Source of the DNA: Octopus sinensis
Taxonomy: Eukaryota
Assembly (NCBI RefSeq): GCF_006345805.1
Contig: NW_021827893.1
Location: forward strand, 1 to 9,748
Length of the DNA: 9,748 nucleotides
Direction of reading: 5' to 3'
Shown here piece after piece: positions 7,181 through 9,748 of this stretch (the stretch's first letter is position 1; the number at the start of each line of letters is the position of its first letter). A program made the position numbers and the translations under genes. Below the pieces are notes generated by a model. That model did not search any database. It was not told the origin of the DNA and saw only the letters and a program-made list of their open reading frames with translations.

Positions 7181-7354
7181 AAGTTAATCCAAACATGAAA
7201 ACACAAAGAGAAAACACAACGCAAGGACGTGGAACAAATATAGTATTATTGGACGCTCAGGAAGGATGGGAAGAAGGAGGGTTTTACGTTTCGAGCGGAG
7301 CTCTTCGTCGGAAAACATAGGAAAAGGAAAGATCCAAAGAAGGGAAGACGGGAA
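7181..7354 (-). mobile_element. Probable PLE terminal-repeat remnant embedded in (TA)n
   Basis: 174-bp island between TA tracts that contains a minimal hammerhead-like motif at 7281-7316. Confidence 0.6.
7281..7316 (-). ncRNA. Minimal type I hammerhead ribozyme-like motif (U4C deviation in this copy)
   Basis: GUUUU-CCGACGA-a-GAGC(ucc)GCUC-GAAA-CG-U-A/AAAC. Confidence 0.6.
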
Positions 7355-7357
7355 TAT

Positions 7358-7403
<46 letters not shown>

Positions 7404-7684
7404 TCTTTTATTTGTTTCACTCATTTGATTACGGCCATTCAGGAGCACCGCCTTCAGTGATTTTAGTCGAAGAAAGTGACCTCAAGACATACTCTTTGTA
7501 GGCCTAGTACTTATTCTATCGGTCCCTGTTGCCGAACCGCTAATTTACTGGGACGTCAATGCACTAGCATCGGCTGTCAAGCGATGGCAGTGAGACAAAA
7601 ACAGACACACGCCGCACACAAATATATGCATATATATATATATACATATATGCATATATATCTATCTATATATATATATATATA

Positions 7685-8628
7685 GACATGCCCTCAGCCA
7701 TGCAGAGAGCCACGATCACAAGTTATGCAGATGATACAAAAGTTTCACAAGCAATACAGAACCCTGAACACACTAAGCAGCTGCATTGTGAGCTAGACAA
7801 AATATAAAAGTGGGATGAAAAGAATAGCCTGCAGTTCAATGCTGAAAAGTTTCAAGCTATCAGCATGCAAAACTAAATGCAATACCCAATAAATACACTG
7901 GACCTGGAGGGATTGCAATCCCAGAGGCACAATCAGTGCGAGACCTGTGTATTTACATGAGTGATGATGCAACCTTTCATGTGCATGTTGCTAAATTGGC
8001 AATGAAATGTAGGCGGCTGACCGGATGGATTCTTAGAACCTTTAGAACAAGAGACCAGGAAACCATGGTGGTCCTCTGGAGGACACTTGTCCTAAGCGAC
8101 TTTCACTATTGCTCTCAGCTATGGTCACCATCCAGTGTCAAGTTAATCATAGAACTTGAAGCAATCCAACGAAGCTACACGAAGAAGATAGCCTCTGTGC
8201 AGCATATAAGCTACTGGGAAAGACTCAAGAGATTGAGACTCTATTCCTTAGGGCGTAGGCGAGAAAGATATGCCATAATATACATCTAGAAGATCCTAGA
8301 AGGACTTGTCCCAAACTTTGGCATCGAGAGTTACACAAATGCCAGAACTGGGTGCCACTGCATAGTGCCAAGGACTCCAAATTTGCCATCAAGATGTAGG
8401 ACAAGATACTGTGATAGCCTGGGCTTCCGAGGCCCACAGCTCTTCAATATCCTCCCGAAGAACCTAAGAGACCTGCATGGGGTGGATGCAGATGTCTTTA
8501 AAATGAAACTGGATTTCTTCTTGTCAGGTGTCCCAGATGAACCAACTTCACGGCTGGAGGTGCAGATGAGGGCAGCTGCATCGAACTCTCCCATGCACCA
8601 GATGGCATTTGCTAAAAAGCATTCGTGA
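7685..8628 (+). pseudogene. Disrupted LINE ORF2 (reverse transcriptase C-terminal part)
   Basis: DMPSAMQRATITSYADDTKVSQAIQ...LDKI*KWDEKNSLQFNAEKFQ / ...VRDLCIYMSDDATF...GWILRTFRTRD...YCSQLWSP...YWERLKRLRLYSLGRRRERYAIIYI*KILEG... Stops at 7805-7807 and 8287-8289; frameshift near 7860. Confidence 0.93.
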
Positions 8629-8711
8629 AATAAAATCATGTAGCAACACCAAATGGCGGTGCCCCAGCATGGCCACAGCTTGTGGGCTGAAACTAAATAA
8701 AATGAAAAAAA
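7685..8711 (+). mobile_element. 5'-truncated CR1-group LINE, ~1 kb
   Basis: RT motif YADD at 7724-7735, ORF2 C-terminus, stop TGA at 8626-8628, 3' UTR and A-rich tail. Confidence 0.96.
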
Positions 8712-8776
8712 TATATGTATATATATATATATAGATAGATAGATAGATAGAAAGATAGATAGATATAGATATAGAT

Positions 8777-8861
<85 letters not shown>

Positions 8862-8874
8862 TAGATAGATAGAT
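8712..8874. repeat. (TA)n then (GATA)n microsatellite after the LINE tail
   Basis: Read directly. Confidence 0.97.
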
Positions 8875-9040
8875 ACGACGGGCTTCTTTGAGTTTCCGTC
8901 TACCAATTCCACTCACAAAGCTTTTATTGGGCACGAGGCGATAGCAGAAGACACTTACCGAAACTGCCACGCAGTGAGACTGAACCCGAAACCTTGTGGT
9001 TGGGAGGCAAGCTTCTTACCAGACAGCCACGCTTGCGCCT

Positions 9041-9078
9041 ATATACATACATATGCACACACCTGCACACACACACAC

Positions 9079-9120
<42 letters not shown>

Positions 9121-9308
9121 CTTCCGATATAGGATATAATTGTTTACATATACATGTATACATACATATATATATGTATATATATGATCGCATTCCGGAT
9201 CTATATATATATGTATGTACATATATAATATATCTATATATATATATATATATATCTGTGTGTGTGTGTGGTGTGTTTATATATATATATATACATACAT
9301 ACATATAT

Positions 9309-9376
<68 letters not shown>

Positions 9377-9410
9377 ACACACACACACATATATATGTAG
9401 ATATATACAT
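9041..9410. repeat. Long compound TA/CA/TG microsatellite region
   Basis: Read directly; accounts for all YI-rich ORFs at 8924-9447. Confidence 0.95.
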
Positions 9411-9748
9411 TCAGAGGTATGCAGTACGTACGTACGTATATATGTAAGTACGCCTGCGCCTCTGCATGAATACGACTTTCTGTAGAGATTTCAAAGGATT
9501 GTTTAAAGTTTTGTCATGCCATTCGTTATTGGATTATTGGCAAGCTAGCAATATATAATGCTGATACGAGGGTATAGAGACAGATGGAAAAGCACCTGAG
9601 ATATATAGAGCGGAGTATATCTAACTGGTACATATAGATAAATACATAGATGCGTAGATTTTTACTATAAGCACACCACTTATAAAACAGTACCTTAGTT
9701 TTCAATTTTATAAAAAGTTTCGGATTTCTGTGATGTAAATATAGATTA

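Larger units (their letters stand above)
7403..9039 (-). mobile_element. Octopus-type tRNA-derived SINE, copy 3, split: 3' half 7403-7620, 5' half 8875-9039
   Basis: The head (GGCGCAAGCGTGGCTGTCTGGTAAG A-box, GGTTCAGTCT B-box) and the tail half are in the same orientation and correct order. The LINE and expanded microsatellite lie between them. Confidence 0.88.

Noticed and set aside
6403-7685. ORFs at 6403-6764, 6984-7460 and 7476-7685
   Set aside because: Read-throughs of SINE, PLE-like remnant and (TA)n sequence.
5860-9039. tRNA genes at the SINE heads
   Set aside because: Only A/B-box remnants fused to SINE bodies; no complete cloverleaf.
9060-9390. Inverted symmetry between CA-TA and TA-TG blocks
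   Set aside because: Expected from self-complementary (TA)n plus CA/TG tracts; low complexity.
9486-9571. Candidate internal exon ([28 protein letters not shown])
   Set aside because: The acceptor is plausible but the donor (GTATAG) is weak, with no homology support.

Overview
AT-rich, microsatellite-dense animal DNA, most likely intronic or intergenic octopus sequence. The species call is an inference from the SINE families. No complete host protein-coding gene is supported; the ORF track is mostly microsatellite artefacts plus fragments and antisense shadows of a CR1-group LINE ORF2. The window is a layered transposon archive. It holds three copies of one tRNA-derived SINE, two other SINE remnants, two inverted copies of a CR1-group LINE (one with the YADD RT motif), an intact 504-bp non-autonomous Helitron and a solo mariner-like end. 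A ~245-bp local duplication shows both the filled and empty site of one LINE insertion. The most interesting signal is a set of probable Penelope-like element (PLE) terminal-repeat remnants with minimal hammerhead-ribozyme architecture. The element at 907-1404 is an inverted, rearranged unit with a 13-bp flanking direct repeat, a 48-nt GT-AG intron and a U3:A8 core variant. The element at 7181-7354 carries a second motif, and 4181-4989 carries a partial third. The SINE and LINE also share a 3' tail whose stem-loop is kept by compensatory changes. All alignments and identities were done by eye.
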